A stretch of 64,000 nucleotides of DNA from Hyaloraphidium curvatum SAG 235-1 (GCA_025558095.1 JAIVFI010000033.1:434001-498000), one strand, 5' to 3'. Numbered from the stretch's first letter, positions 1-11,559 are shown. Numbers and translations: made by a program. Notes: generated by a model not told the origin, from the sequence alone.

Positions 1-417
1 TCGAGCGTCTATTCGTACATTACCGAAACCGAGACCTTCAATGCGCCCCCGGTCACGACGACGATCACGTCGGTCTCCGTCTCCAACGCGCCTCCCGTGA
101 CGTCGACGGTCACCTCCGTCTCGGTCTCCAACGCTCCGCCGGTCACTCTCACGACGACGACCTCCCTCGCCGCCGTGACGGTCTTCAGCACGAGCACCGT
201 GTCGGTTCCGACCACGGTCGTCAAGACGCAGACCAGCGTCGTCACGAGCGTCTCGGTGTCCTCGTTCCAGGTGCCCGTGACGACCACCAAGGTCTCGACC
301 TCGACCAAGACAGTCGGAAAGGTTACCCTGACGCGCACGGCCACGTTGAAGACGACGAAAACCGTCAAGGTGACGTCGTTTAAGACCATCACGGTCAAGG
401 CAAAGAGGCGGAGGTGA
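1..417 (+). CDS. 3' part of a Thr/Val/Ser-rich repetitive protein, probably secreted or cell-surface (5' end outside window)
   Basis: Frame 1 is open from base 1 to TGA at 415-417. It has repeats of (SVSVS)NAPPVT, a long T/V-rich tract and a basic KAKRRR end. Confidence 0.7.
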   Translation, partial: SSVYSYITETETFNAPPVTTTITSVSVSNAPPVTSTVTSVSVSNAPPVTLTTTTSLAAVTVFSTSTVSVPTTVVKTQTSVVTSVSVSSFQVPVTTTKVSTSTKTVGKVTLTRTATLKTTKTVKVTSFKTITVKAKRRR

Positions 418-697
418 AGGGGGAGTTCGGAAAGCTGAGGGGGGGAAAAATGGGGAGGACCGCCGGTCCAGGAAGCAAACTTTGAGAAGCCTTTGGATTT
501 CGCAAAGATCGTAGGAACACCATGTTGTAGTCCAGCACTTTCTTAGGTAGTTGAGTCTGAGTAGTCAGCAAACCTCTCGAGAAGAGGCACCCACGTCCTC
601 CGGCTTGCTTCCCGTACTTTCCAGCGGGCCGGCAGTCCTTTGCCCGCCGCTTTTGCCCACGATGTGCCCCGTGCCCCGACCGCCGCGACCGAGGGCT

Positions 698-1552
698 TCA
701 GTGCGCCGCGCCGTGCTCCCTGAACTCCCCGCTCATCTCTATCGTCCCGTCCTCCAGCATCACCCCGCACTTGCCTCCCCCGTACTCGACCCCGCCGATC
801 CCCGCCACGGTCCCGTCGAAACGATAGGCGGGGTGGTAGTACTTCGCCACGATCTCGGCGTCGCCCTCGACGTAGTGCGCGATCAGGCACCTCCGGAACC
901 TGTCCGCAGTCGCGTTGCGGTACGAGCCGTGGATGAGGTTCCCGTGGAAGAGGAGCACGTCGCCCGGCGCCATGTCGAGGACGATCGCCTCCATGCCGTC
1001 GGGCACCTTAAGCGTGTCCTTGGTCCAGCTTTCCTCGGCGTCCGACGGGCCGGGACACAGCACTGGCAAGGCATGGCTCCCCGGCACCACCGCCATCGCC
1101 CCGTTCCCGGCATCGCAGGAGTCCAGCGCGAGCCATACGCCGTGGCATGTGCCCGGATCGGCTCTCAGGTATCTGTTGTCCTGGTGCAGCGCCTGGCCGC
1201 GAGCTCCAGGGGGTTTGAAATACGCCATCGTCTGCACGGCAAGGGGTTCGGCGCCGAGGATGGCGACGAGGCACGTCCGAAGGCGGGCGTCCAGCATGAA
1301 GTCCATCGCGACGGGGTCGCGGCGGTGCGGCTGGAGGAGCCGCGGGTACCGCTTGAGCGGATCGGGGTGCGAAGGGTCGGGTTTCTCCTCGGCGGAAGCG
1401 TCGCCGGTTTCGACGGCGGAGGTGAAATGGTCGCGGAGCGAAGCGGCCTCGGCCGGGGAAAACAGCCCGCGGGCGATGCAGAAGCCGTCGGCGGCGTACT
1501 GCCCGGCTAGCTGCGATAGCAGGGCCGGCGGAATGACTGCACCGGTGGCCAT
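698..1552 (-). CDS. Phytanoyl-CoA dioxygenase (PhyH) family Fe(II)/2-oxoglutarate dioxygenase
   Basis: Intronless. Motifs YFKPPGARGQALHQD (HxD), VVPGSH, GDVLLFHGNLIHGS and the 2OG-binding Arg in RFRR. ATG at 1552. Confidence 0.9.
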   Translation of the reverse strand: MATGAVIPPALLSQLAGQYAADGFCIARGLFSPAEAASLRDHFTSAVETGDASAEEKPDPSHPDPLKRYPRLLQPHRRDPVAMDFMLDARLRTCLVAILGAEPLAVQTMAYFKPPGARGQALHQDNRYLRADPGTCHGVWLALDSCDAGNGAMAVVPGSHALPVLCPGPSDAEESWTKDTLKVPDGMEAIVLDMAPGDVLLFHGNLIHGSYRNATADRFRRCLIAHYVEGDAEIVAKYYHPAYRFDGTVAGIGGVEYGGGKCGVMLEDGTIEMSGEFREHGAAH

Positions 1553-1704
1553 TGTTTGGACGGAGTGGTACGGTATCTGGGTAGGTAGGGCGCAGAATCT
1601 GAAGGGATTTTGTCTCCCGCCAACATGCACACTCTTCATCTCCTGCCTTTCTTCGGATTGCAGATTAGGGACGTTGAGTGAAGGAAGCAATTTTGGAGGG
1701 CGCG

Positions 1705-3337
1705 ATGGCGGGGGAAAGCTCCGGCGACGCGTTTCCCGCCGTCTCCACCTCGCTTCCGGACGCGGTCTTCTCGCCTCCCGAGTGGCTGGCCCTCTTCCCT
1801 TCCGCACTACCGCCGCCGACCCGGATCTCGTCTCCCAGCTGGCGCTTGACTCCAGCAAACGATCCAGCAGCGGACCTGCGCGAGGCGCGGCCCCTGACCG
1901 CCGCGGCCATGCTGGGGGCTTTCGCACCGTATGCGGGTCTGCACGCCGTCGTCAAGTGGTTCTTTCTCCTTCTTCCGGTCACTTCGCACCGGGCGCCGTG
2001 GCCATTTGTTGCTGCTGAAACTGGCCTTGTCGTGCTCGCCGTCGCGCTGTGCCTCTTCGGCGCCGGGGAGTTCACCGCGGCGAGCCTGGCCGTCGGAATC
2101 CTACCTGTTGTCTCGTCTTGGGCCATCATGATCTACCGTTTCGTGCGAAGCCGTTATACCATGGTCAGCCCGAAGCGCGGCGGCCGCTCCGCTGACTTTT
2201 CGTCCCACCCGTTTGCCGGCATGGCGAGATGGCTGCAGCTTGTCCGCCCTGCCGAGGGCGAACTGGACGGGCGAGAGGTTGTTGGGACTGCGCCGGACGT
2301 CGCAGCTGTTGGCGCTAGCAACGGCACCAAAGGAGCTGTCTTGCACATCGGACTCGTCTCCCACGTCGACGGGGACCCGCATTGCCCGTGCGTTGTTTGC
2401 GCAGAGGATCTACCAGGCCTTGCAGGGCACCTGCGGATCTTAGAGCATGTCGCGAGGAGCATCATGAACTTTGCGTACGCCCTCTTTATGCTCCCGGCCC
2501 TCTTCAGCTTCCCAACCAGGGTTTGGACGACGTGGTGGACCGCCGTGGCCGCCGCGCTTGGGATCATCGGCTTCGCCACGGGCTGCATCATCTACATCGG
2601 GGTAAGAATACCCATCAACGTCGCCGCTCTCGAGCTCGAAGGGCGGCTTCATCGGCGCGCCCTCCGCATCGCTCTGCGGGACCTGCTCGACTGGTACGCC
2701 GCTGCGCTGAACAGTCCCGTTGACGGCACCGAGATGCGCATCAAGCCAGCGGCGGAAGAAGTCTACGTGATCCTGTATTCCATGCTCGTCGCGGGTTGGC
2801 GGAATCGCTTCCCTTCCTTGCTTACCGGCATTGGCTTCCTCGGGCTGAACATGGTCCTGCCCATCGTCGCCGCCATCGCCACCATGGTTGGTATTTGGGA
2901 CGCCACGCTGTTTCCGTCCGCCGGTCCTGACCCCGTTGCCCCAGATCGCTGGTTCCTGCGTCCCGATCTGGATCATCGTGATCCTCGTCACCTGCTTCAT
3001 GCTTCTCCTCATCGACCTCGTCAACCATGCGGCATCCAACGCCCAGATCGCGGCCTCCACGGAGCTCCTTCGGCTCGCCCGGGCAGAAGTTCACCGGCTC
3101 CTCGTCTCCTCCCCCGCAGGGCATCCCGCCCGCCCGGCGCTGGAACAGCACGCGGGTCTGATGGCCGCGTTCGGCGACGCGGCGGGGCTCGGAGCAAGGT
3201 TCGGAGGCGTAGTGATCGACTACGGCGTCGTGAGGACGGTCGGGGCAACTGTGTTCACCGTCGGGCTGGGGCTGTGGAGCTTGCTTAGGGGCGCATCCAT
3301 CTTCTTCGAGGTTGGCGTGGCTTGCCCGGCGCGCTGA
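1705..3337 (+). CDS. Multi-pass membrane protein, candidate 7TM ion-channel/gustatory-receptor-like; paralogue of 53980-55551
   Basis: Two exons with intron 2887-2944 (GTTGGT...CCAG) and about 7 hydrophobic segments. Shares HVxGDPxCPC, GSCVP, AAxNAxI and ARFxGxxxxYG motifs with the 54-55 kb gene. Confidence 0.75.
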
Positions 3338-3475
3338 GGCATCGCCGCAGTAACTGCAGCATAGGATTGAGGTCTTGAGCAATGGAAAAGCGGTCCATCC
3401 ACGGAATGAATCACCCTGCATCCCTCACTCAGCACTCGTCCGCACAGCAAAAACACGTCCGCCCACCAGACAACC

Positions 3476-4460
3476 ATGGCCCTCCGTGGACCCGCCGTTG
3501 TCGTTCTGCTCGTGCTCGCTCTCGTCCCGCTCGGCGCCCTCGCGCAGCAGACCGCCGGGACGGGCACCACCGGCACGGGCACCACCTTTGCCCCGACCTT
3601 CTCCACTCCGACCACCACTACGGCGGACACCGGCACACTCGTCCGCGTGTCCGCGTCGGCCACCGCCACAGCGCGTCCGGACAGAGTGCGAAGGGCGTAC
3701 GACCCGCAGAAGGCGCCCGCTGACTCACCGTTCCGCAGGCCATTCTCCTGATCGAGGTTTCCACCACCAACCGCACCGCCCAGGTGGGCTGGAATTGCTT
3801 TCTCATCGTCATGATATGTGAACTCCCCATGCCGACGATCAGGACGCCTCGAACACGAACGCCGCGCTCTCCTCCCGCGTCTCGGCCTCGGTCAACTCCA
3901 CCCTCTCCTCCCTAGCACCCGGCTCCACCCTCGAGACCCTCTCTATCTCCCTCTCTCCCGTGTACAACTACTCCAACACCCCGCCGGTCCTCGTCGGTTT
4001 CCAAGCATCGCAGATCTTCAAGACAACATTCGACGCCTCCCCTGCCGACCTCGGTCGCGCCGTCGGCGCTGCGATCGACGCGGCGGTGAGCTCTGGCGCC
4101 ACGGGACTGCGAGGGATCCTCTTCACTGTGCGTGATCCGGCTGCGCTGGAGGCAACGGCGCTGGCGCTCGCGGCCAGGAGGGCGGCCACGGAGGCCGATG
4201 TGCTGGCCGGGGCGCTCGGGAGGTCCGTAAAGAGGATCATCTCGGTCGACGAAACCGGAGGGGGAGGGGCGACGCCGGTGCCGACGGAAGTTGCTGCGGC
4301 GTCGCCTGGGGCGGGAGGGACAGGGGCGGGGGGCACGCAAGTGGTTCCGAGGTGGGTGATGGGCAGCGACCAAGCTGTGGTGCGATGCTGAACCCTGAGG
4401 ACGACGCCCAGGGCCGTGGAGGCCGTCTCGAGCGTCTCTCTGGAGGCGGAGGTCTCGTAG
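3476..4460 (+). CDS. Secreted SIMPL/DUF541 (YggE-like) domain protein
   Basis: Signal peptide, then VRVSASATATARPD, ISLSPVYNY...LVGFQAS, AIDAAVSSGA and AxxLAGALG. Three short introns; the last exon AVEAVSSVSLEAEVS ends at TAG 4458-4460. Confidence 0.8.
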
Positions 4461-4737
4461 TCCGGGAAGAAATGGCGCTCTTTGCTTGTTGTTGAGGGGG
4501 TGGGCGGTTCAAGATCTTCTCGCCGTGTGGAGGTTTCAAGAACTCTGCACCATGTTGCAAAAGCATGAATCGATCTGCTGTTTGCTTAGTGTCCTTCCTC
4601 AAGCATTATCCATTCGATGGGTGTCGTCTCGGAAGTCGAATGATGGGGTCGACTTCGGTCGCACGAGAAGTCAAAGCGTTCCCTCGCGCGACAGCCCTTT
4701 CACCGGACTCTCCCGCGTCTTCGTGCCCTCGGATAAC

Positions 4738-6396
4738 ATGGGCAACTTGCAATCATCCACGAAGGACGCCACGATGGCCGTTGACACGCCCCCGCGCCCG
4801 GCGCAGCCGCGCTTGACGGAGTTCTTTCCCGCGGTCCCCGGACGCGACCCGCGGTGGAACCGGACGCAGCTTCGGAGCAAACTCCCGGTAGAGATCGTGA
4901 AGAAGATCGTGGAGTGGGTGGGAGGGGCTCTGCCCCCCTTGGCCTCCGCTGATCTCTCACGTTTCTCAAGCTTCGCGCTGGGACCACCGTGCCGCTGCGA
5001 GACGGGGGACTACTACCGCATCGCGGCGCACCATCGCACGTGCGCGTGTTTCTCGTGTCTCTGCACCTGCTACCAGACGACGACGACGGCGTCCAAGCTC
5101 GAGCGCGTCTCGTTCGTGTTCCGACAGCTCACCGAGGGGCGCTCGTGGTGCTACAAGGATATCGAGGGCTACCAGCTTGAAAGACTCGGCAAGCTCCTTG
5201 CGTATCTCGGCGACCATCGCGGGCGCGAACCTGCGACGCTCGCCCGCGTCCGGAGGTGCGACGTGAACACGCAGTACGGCGCGGAAGATGATCCCGCAAG
5301 CGGGATCCGACTCCTTGCCGAGGCCCTGGAGAGGATGAAGGGACTCCATGCTCTGCAGATCTCAACCTACGGTGTGCCATGGGATGCCACCAAGTCGGTG
5401 GTTGCCGCATCGACGTGCGCCGATCTGCGCAGCCTGAGGCTTCGCGGCATTTCCCTCTCCGGTGCCAGCCTAAGTGCTTGCTTGAGAGCTGCACGACATC
5501 TGAAAACGCTGGAGCTCGGCGGGCCGTGCACGGTGGATGAAGGGGTCATGGAGGCGCTGGCCGGATCCGTGGCGCCGACGCTCGAGTGCCTGACAGTAAA
5601 CAGAGGCTCCTACACCAACGATGACACCGCGAGCGAGACACGAACAGCTTTGAGGGATCGTCACTTGCTGCGGATTGTGGAAACGGTCCGAAGCCTCATG
5701 CTCCTCGATCTGGACGATTGCGCGGAGCTCACGGACGACTCGCTCGGCGCGGCCTTCGAAAAGTTCCGGGAGCTCGCATTTGTCCGGCTTCGCTCATGTC
5801 CTAGGGTGACGGATTCATCGCTGGCGAGGCTGGGCAGCTCTTGCCTGAGGGAGCTGGTCTTGGATTCCTCCGAAGACGTGGGCGATGTGTCCATCGTTCC
5901 GATCCTGCATCGAAACAGCGGCATCGAATGGCTCAGCCTGAAGAAGACACGAGTGACCGTAAGTGTCGAGGGATCTTCTGCCTTCCCATTTGCCTGACAG
6001 TACCGCACCCAGGACGCTATCGTTCCGCACCTGCTGGCGTCCCGCTTGACAATTAACGACCTGAGCCTCTCCTACACGCTTGTCACCTGGACCGGCTTGC
6101 AGCCCTTGATCGAGTCGGAACCGCCTCAGCTCTATTACCTCGGGATCAGCTCCGTTGCCGGGGTGGACGACGCCTCGGTTCGGTGCATCCGCGAGCACCT
6201 GCCGGGCCTCCAGACACTGAAGCTGGCCGGATGCGCGGGCATCACGCGGCCCGAAACGTTGCTGTACACCGTGTTCAAGAGGCAGGGAACGCTGGATAAC
6301 TTGTCCCTCTCGGGGATCCCGATCGCGGACGCCGACCTGATCGCGGCGCTGGAGAGGATCGCGGGGGACGAGCTGTACTTTTCCGACGACGACTAA
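4738..6396 (+). CDS. F-box-like/RNI-type leucine-rich-repeat protein with N-myristoylation motif (copy 1)
   Basis: MGNLQSS start, SKLPVEIVKKIVE F-box-like start, Cys cluster and AMN1-type LRRs (LDLDDCAELTD, LRSCPRVTD, LKLAGCAGIT). Intron near 5959-6012. Confidence 0.8.
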
Positions 6397-6560
6397 ACCC
6401 GGCGAAAGCTCTTTTTGAGTGTACTTTGTTTCCCTATGCTTTCTTGTCCGACGTCGACGTCGACGGGAGTGTGATCGGTCGCACGAGAACGCGTCCATAC
6501 GACGCGACTCTCGGTTCGCGTTATCAAGCTCACGGCTCGCCACCGTCTCCTGCGACGACC

Positions 6561-8679
6561 ATGGGCAGCGTGCAGTCGTCCGCGAAGGGTGACGCGATGG
6601 ACGTGGACGCGCCGCGTCGGTCTGCCCAGGGGCGAATGACCTCTCTCTTCCCCGCCGTTCCCGGACGCGACACGCGGTGGAACCGCACCCAACTGAGGAG
6701 CAAGCTGCCGGTGGAGATCCTCGGAAAGATTGTCGAGTGGGTCCCGAGCGACCACCGCGAGGCTGACCGCTGATCTGGTCTGGGCCTCCGCAGATTCGCC
6801 CTCTGGCGCACCGTGCCGCTACGAGGCCGAGGTCGTGTTCCACGACCCGCCGTGCGGGTGTTCCGTGTGCGACTGCGACTATACCGAGACGAAGGACCTC
6901 GCGTGGACGCTCAGCAGGGTCTCGTTCGTCTTCCGGGAGCTGGTCGGTGGGCGGCAGTGGCATTGTCGCCATTTCGGCGGGTGGGCTCCTACCCAAGCGC
7001 TGTGCGACATCATCGATGCCTTCGGAGGAAGCAACGGCCTCGTGGAGAGTGTCCTGGATCGGGTCAGGATCTGCCGGCTGTCGCCTCCCAACGAGCGCGA
7101 GGACGGGAAGCCCCGACCAGGTTACCCTTGGGAAGACCGGTTCGCGGAAGGCCTGCGGCACATGCGGGGCCTCGAGAGGCTCATGCTATATGCTTATGGG
7201 GACTCTTCTGACGTTGCCAAGTTCCTGGAAGCCGCTGCTGTGTGCGTGGGGCTCCGGTCGTTGAGGCTCGACAGTGTCGGCTTCTCGGCGGACAGCCTCC
7301 GCGTATGTCTCGGCGCGACACGGAACCTGGCGATCCTGTGCGTGGCCGGGAAGATCGTGCTCGAGGACGCCTCGATCTTCGACGCGCTGGCCGAATCCGT
7401 CCCTGCGAGTCTCGAGAGCCTGACGATCTCCCAGCTGTGCGAGAACGACTTTCTGGAGGAGCTCTCTGAGGACGGCCCGCCTACGATGATGCTCGACCGA
7501 CACCTCCTCCGGATCGTGGAAGCCGCGAACGACCTCAAGGTGCTGGACCTCAGCGGCAGTGCCAAGCTCACGGACGCCTCGGTAGCGCCCGCGCTGGCCA
7601 ACCACGCCGGCCTGCGCAGGGTGTGCTTCAATGGCTGCGCGGGGATCACGGACGCGTCCCTTTCCGTGCTGGTGGCCAGTAGGCTGCGGGAGCTCTCTCT
7701 GGATTCCACGGGCGTCTCGGACGCCTCCGTCGTCCTGGCCCTTCAGCGCAACGCGGACCTTCGCACGGTCAACCTGAGGAACAGTGCAGTGCGCCAACCG
7801 GTCTGCGCGGGCTGAAACAGTCCGCCCCAACAGCAGACGGTGCCACGCCGTTACGCCGGCGTCGACTGGGGGGAGATCCGCAAACTCCCAGGAGCAGGGG
7901 AACGTACCGGCGCGCCTCGGCAGCCCGACCTCGGCGGCGGCGACCCCAAAGACCAAGACCCCAGACCCGGAGCACGCGAGAGGGTACCAACCTGTTGAGC
8001 GTTGCCGTTGTTCATGATTGACGCGGCGGAGGATGTCGACGAGAGCGGGGGAAGGGAGGAAACGGGTGAGTGGGGTGTCGACGGCGTGGTGGGGGTCGGC
8101 GGGGCCGCTGCAGCCGAGAGGTCGGGTCTCGCGGGCGTGTTCTTGACGACGGCAAGCGGGCCGACACCGGCAGGCTGCTGGGTGGGGGGAAGTATGCAGT
8201 AGGCGAGCGGGAGATAGGAACACCAACGTCACCGTGAGAGATTCTGCGCCCCACTAGCCGTCCCTGGGACCCGCTGATCCCGCGTCTGTTTTCAGGACGC
8301 CATCGTCCCGCATCTCACCCCGCTTCTCCCAACCCTCTGGGACCTCAGCGTCTCCGGCACTGCCGTCACCTGGCCCGCCCTCCGTCCGCTTATCCTCGCC
8401 AAGCCCCCCAAGCTCAAGCACCTGGCCATCAGCCGCATCCGGGGCGTCGACGACGATGCCGTCCGCTGCATCCGCGACAACCTCGGGTCGCTGGAGTCTC
8501 TGAGGATGGGGGGATGCGCCGGGATCACGAGGGCCGAGGTGCTGCTGTACATGAGGTTCAAGCTGCAGGACACGCTCGGCGTAATCTGCCTCGAGGGGGT
8601 ACCGGTCGCGGACGGGGACCTCGTGGACGCGATGGAGAGGATCAAAGGAGACGGGCTGTTTTACACCTCGCGGGACTGA
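6561..8679 (+). pseudogene. Tandem F-box/LRR paralogue (copy 2), interrupted by a 432-bp insertion
   Basis: MGSVQSS start, same RWNRTQLRSKLPVEI motif and exon layout as copy 1. The coding sequence NLRN|TNVT is split at 7783/8223 and the last exon (about 8296-8679) is intact. Confidence 0.75.
7784..8215. mobile_element. Non-autonomous insertion without terminal inverted repeats, flanked by 7-bp target-site duplication AGGAACA
   Basis: AGGAACA at 7777-7783 and 8216-8222. Removing the insert plus one copy restores the LRNTNVT reading (paralogue has LKKTRVT). A second copy lies at about 23132-23439. Confidence 0.85.
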
Positions 8680-8728
8680 TAGATTCGCTTACTGAGCACA
8701 CACTGGCAAATTGTCTCGGCCCCGCCAT

Positions 8729-9625
8729 TTACTTCGAACCCAGCACCTTCTTGACGAACCGCGCTATCTCCTCCCCGACCTGCTCCGGCGCTTCCAAAGC
8801 CGACGAGTGCCCCGTCCCCTCGATCTCCACCACCGCGCCCATCCCCGGCTTTCCCATCTCCGCCCGCATCCGCGCTGCCGCACCCCACCTGGCCCTCAGG
8901 TTGTCCACCGAGTACATGGCGTCCTCGGTTCCGAGCACCACCAGCGCCGGCACCTCCACTCGCCCGATTGCATGGGAAAGGTCCTCCCGCCGCTGCAGCA
9001 CCGCCTCCGCGGCCCTCTGCGCGTCGCTCCCCCGGACGGCAGCCATCGAGCCCGACAGTGTGGCCTTGATCTCCCCCGCCCGGGAGCCGGCGAGTGAGGT
9101 GCGCCCGATCAAGCTGCCCGAAGCGCCCGCGACGAACGCCCACGTCGGCAGGCGGGCGGTCAGGGGGATGAATCTGGCGCCGCCGGTGTTGGAGCCGCCG
9201 GCGATGGGGGTGTTGACGGGCACAATCCCCTTCATGACCGGCTTCCCGGCCGCGGGGGCGGCGGCGCAGGAACAAGCGGCGGCGATGGCAGCGCAGCCGC
9301 CCCACGAGGTGCCCCCCAGGAAGTACGGCATGCCTGCTGGCACCACGGTACCTGCGACCTTGAGGAACGCCGAACCGCACTCGTCCATTCGGAGTTCCGC
9401 GCCCTCCGCCAAGGTCGATCCGCCGAACCCCGGCGGGTCCACCAGCGCCGTGCCGATCCCCCTGCTTGCCAGATGGCGGGCGAGGGGAAGATGCTGCGAG
9501 GAATCGAAGAAGAGGCCGGACCACAGGAGCAGCGTGGGGGGCTGGGGGCCGACGAGGTGCACGGCGAGGGTGCCGAGAGGGGTTTCGACCGTGACCGGGG
9601 AAGCGGCGTGTATGGGTTGATCCAT
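8729..9625 (-). CDS. Alpha/beta-fold hydrolase (enol-lactonase-like)
   Basis: Intronless. DPPGFGGS, nucleophile elbow GTSWGG, VVLGTED (Asp) and GTGHSSALEAP (His). Confidence 0.88.
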   Translation of the reverse strand: MDQPIHAASPVTVETPLGTLAVHLVGPQPPTLLLWSGLFFDSSQHLPLARHLASRGIGTALVDPPGFGGSTLAEGAELRMDECGSAFLKVAGTVVPAGMPYFLGGTSWGGCAAIAAACSCAAAPAAGKPVMKGIVPVNTPIAGGSNTGGARFIPLTARLPTWAFVAGASGSLIGRTSLAGSRAGEIKATLSGSMAAVRGSDAQRAAEAVLQRREDLSHAIGRVEVPALVVLGTEDAMYSVDNLRARWGAAARMRAEMGKPGMGAVVEIEGTGHSSALEAPEQVGEEIARFVKKVLGSK

Positions 9626-10334
9626 GTCGGAGGGCCGATGATGAGATGTCACTGAGGCCGGCTGTTGGGGAAGCGGCGTTTTTCTGCGGTGATTTTTGAA
9701 GGCAACGACTCGGCGGTTCGGCGATTCGCGAAATCCCGGGACGGTGGCTGTGCGATCGGCGTAAGCCCCATTCGCCGGGTGACCTCCCGGCGCTTCGAAA
9801 TCCTAGTTGCCGTTCAGCTCGAACGCCGAACCAGATAATTTTGCAATTGATTTCGTGCCGTGGTATCAACGGCGTGGTCGGCACCGAGCTGCTTCGATCT
9901 GGACGACGGCCGCTCGATCGAGGGGTGCGTCCCGAGAAGAACCCGGCACGTATCCCGGCCCAATCTCCCTCCTGCAGCATCTTTCCACTCAATCCAACAA
10001 CTGAAATCCGCGGCTCGATATTCTTGCATCTGGTTCTCGAGCCAGACCCCGCCAGATTGGACCAATTCTCGGGCCAGAGGCCACGGAAAGCCGAGTTGTA
10101 GTTTGCCCCGCCCATGCGCCCGCATTGTCTATGGAACAAATTGAGGCATTTGCCAGAGGTTCTTGGGCGGCGCTCGGTTGATTTGTCCCGGACGGGCGCA
10201 GGCTTCCGGCGCACGGCGCGTGTGACACGGAAGAAAGTGGTGTGCCATCCAGCCCGAGCTCTTTCCCACGGAGTCTCCGCGTCAATGTATTGCTCCTCCG
10301 TGCGGGAATCGATCTGCACGCATCCGGTTTCCCG

Positions 10335-11048
10335 TCAGGCGCCCCAGCCCCTACCGGCGACCTTATCCCTCCTCGCGACCCTGCGCCGCATATCTTTCTC
10401 CCTCTTGGGCTTCTCCCTCTCGTGCATCTTCCGCGCCCTGTTCCGCGTGCACACAGGGCACGGGTACTTCCGCCCCAGCGCAGGGATCCGCGGGTCGACG
10501 ATCCAGACGTCGCAGGGTTCCGGCCCGCGGTCCCGGTCGCATTCGAACCGGTGCAGCAGCGCACGGTCCGCGACGAGGAACAGGCACCGCGGGGCGTCGC
10601 GTTTCTCGGACCAGCGGAACAGCGGGGCGTCGAAGAGGTCCGCGGGGAGCGGGCGGCCCGTGTCAAACCCGCGACACGCAGGCGGCAGGGCGCGGACGGT
10701 AACTGCGAGCCCCGGCGGCAGGTCGCGGCCCCACATGCGCTCCACGGCGAAGCGAGGGGTGAAGTGCGGTTCGAGCCGCGAGACCACGACGGAGACGGCG
10801 GGAACGATCCAGGGGTCGTCGGTCTGCCACTCGCCGTCGTCGTGGGGAGCCGAAGGGGCGCCAATGTAGCACACCCACACCGGCGGCGAGAGCGGGAAGC
10901 GGGGCCTCGGCAGGATGATGTCCGCATCGCGCGTTGCCCAGCGGACAAACGCCGCGAGGGGCGACTCGCAGTCGGCGCGGGAGTCGGCGTCCGCGCACCA
11001 CGAAGCGTAGGCCTCACGGAAGGCGAGGGAGGCGAGGGATTCCACCAT
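10335..11048 (-). CDS. Hypothetical protein
   Basis: 237-aa ORF with protein-like composition and GC-rich third positions. CPVC motif and basic C-terminus. No family recognised. Confidence 0.5.
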   Translation of the reverse strand: MVESLASLAFREAYASWCADADSRADCESPLAAFVRWATRDADIILPRPRFPLSPPVWVCYIGAPSAPHDDGEWQTDDPWIVPAVSVVVSRLEPHFTPRFAVERMWGRDLPPGLAVTVRALPPACRGFDTGRPLPADLFDAPLFRWSEKRDAPRCLFLVADRALLHRFECDRDRGPEPCDVWIVDPRIPALGRKYPCPVCTRNRARKMHEREKPKREKDMRRRVARRDKVAGRGWGA

Positions 11049-11559
11049 CGTTGGAACGACGGTTTGTTGACTGGCGTGCCTTATCTGGTTGCTGTGGCAC
11101 GGCTCACTCGCCAAGAGACTCAGCTGTCTCAGAGGGGGCTGTGGTGGTTCGCCCCACCCGAGCGCCCCGAGCCGCATCGCCGCCTTCGCAACGATTGCCA
11201 TGTTATCCAAGGGCAAGGTGGTCAGGCCGTTGGTGCAGGGTCAGAGCGGCGCACCCCGCTGGGCCCCGTCTGCCCCCAGGGGTGCTGGCCGCGCGTGCTG
11301 AGCGGAGATTCAGGGAACATGCGGCTGATAGAAGATCGGTCGAGAATAGCTCCGATCGGACATGCCGTTCACAAGGAACAAAGTGCTCGGAGGGAATCAG
11401 CTTGGGGATTTTGGGAGGACACCAGCCCACGTTCGTCAGTCATCGGCTCCGGCCTGACTGACTGACTTGACTGACGACGGATTGCCATTTGCTGGCGCTC
11501 TAACGGCGATTCGGAGCCACTCAGAGGCCGGAATGGGCCGCGATTCGGCTCGTCGCACG

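Noticed and set aside
551-1510. Long antisense and alternate-frame ORFs here and throughout (e.g. 8661-10319, 35982-38279, 48945-50084)
   Set aside because: Shadow ORFs expected at this GC content. They are Arg/Pro/Ala-rich and overlap better-supported genes.
7784-8217. Insertion as a perfectly spliced introner (GT...AG ends)
   Set aside because: Donors at 7784 or 7789 with the AG at 8216-8217 leave 5 or 10 extra nt, causing a frameshift.
11455-11476. (TGAC)n microsatellite
   Set aside because: Short simple repeat with no evidence of a role.
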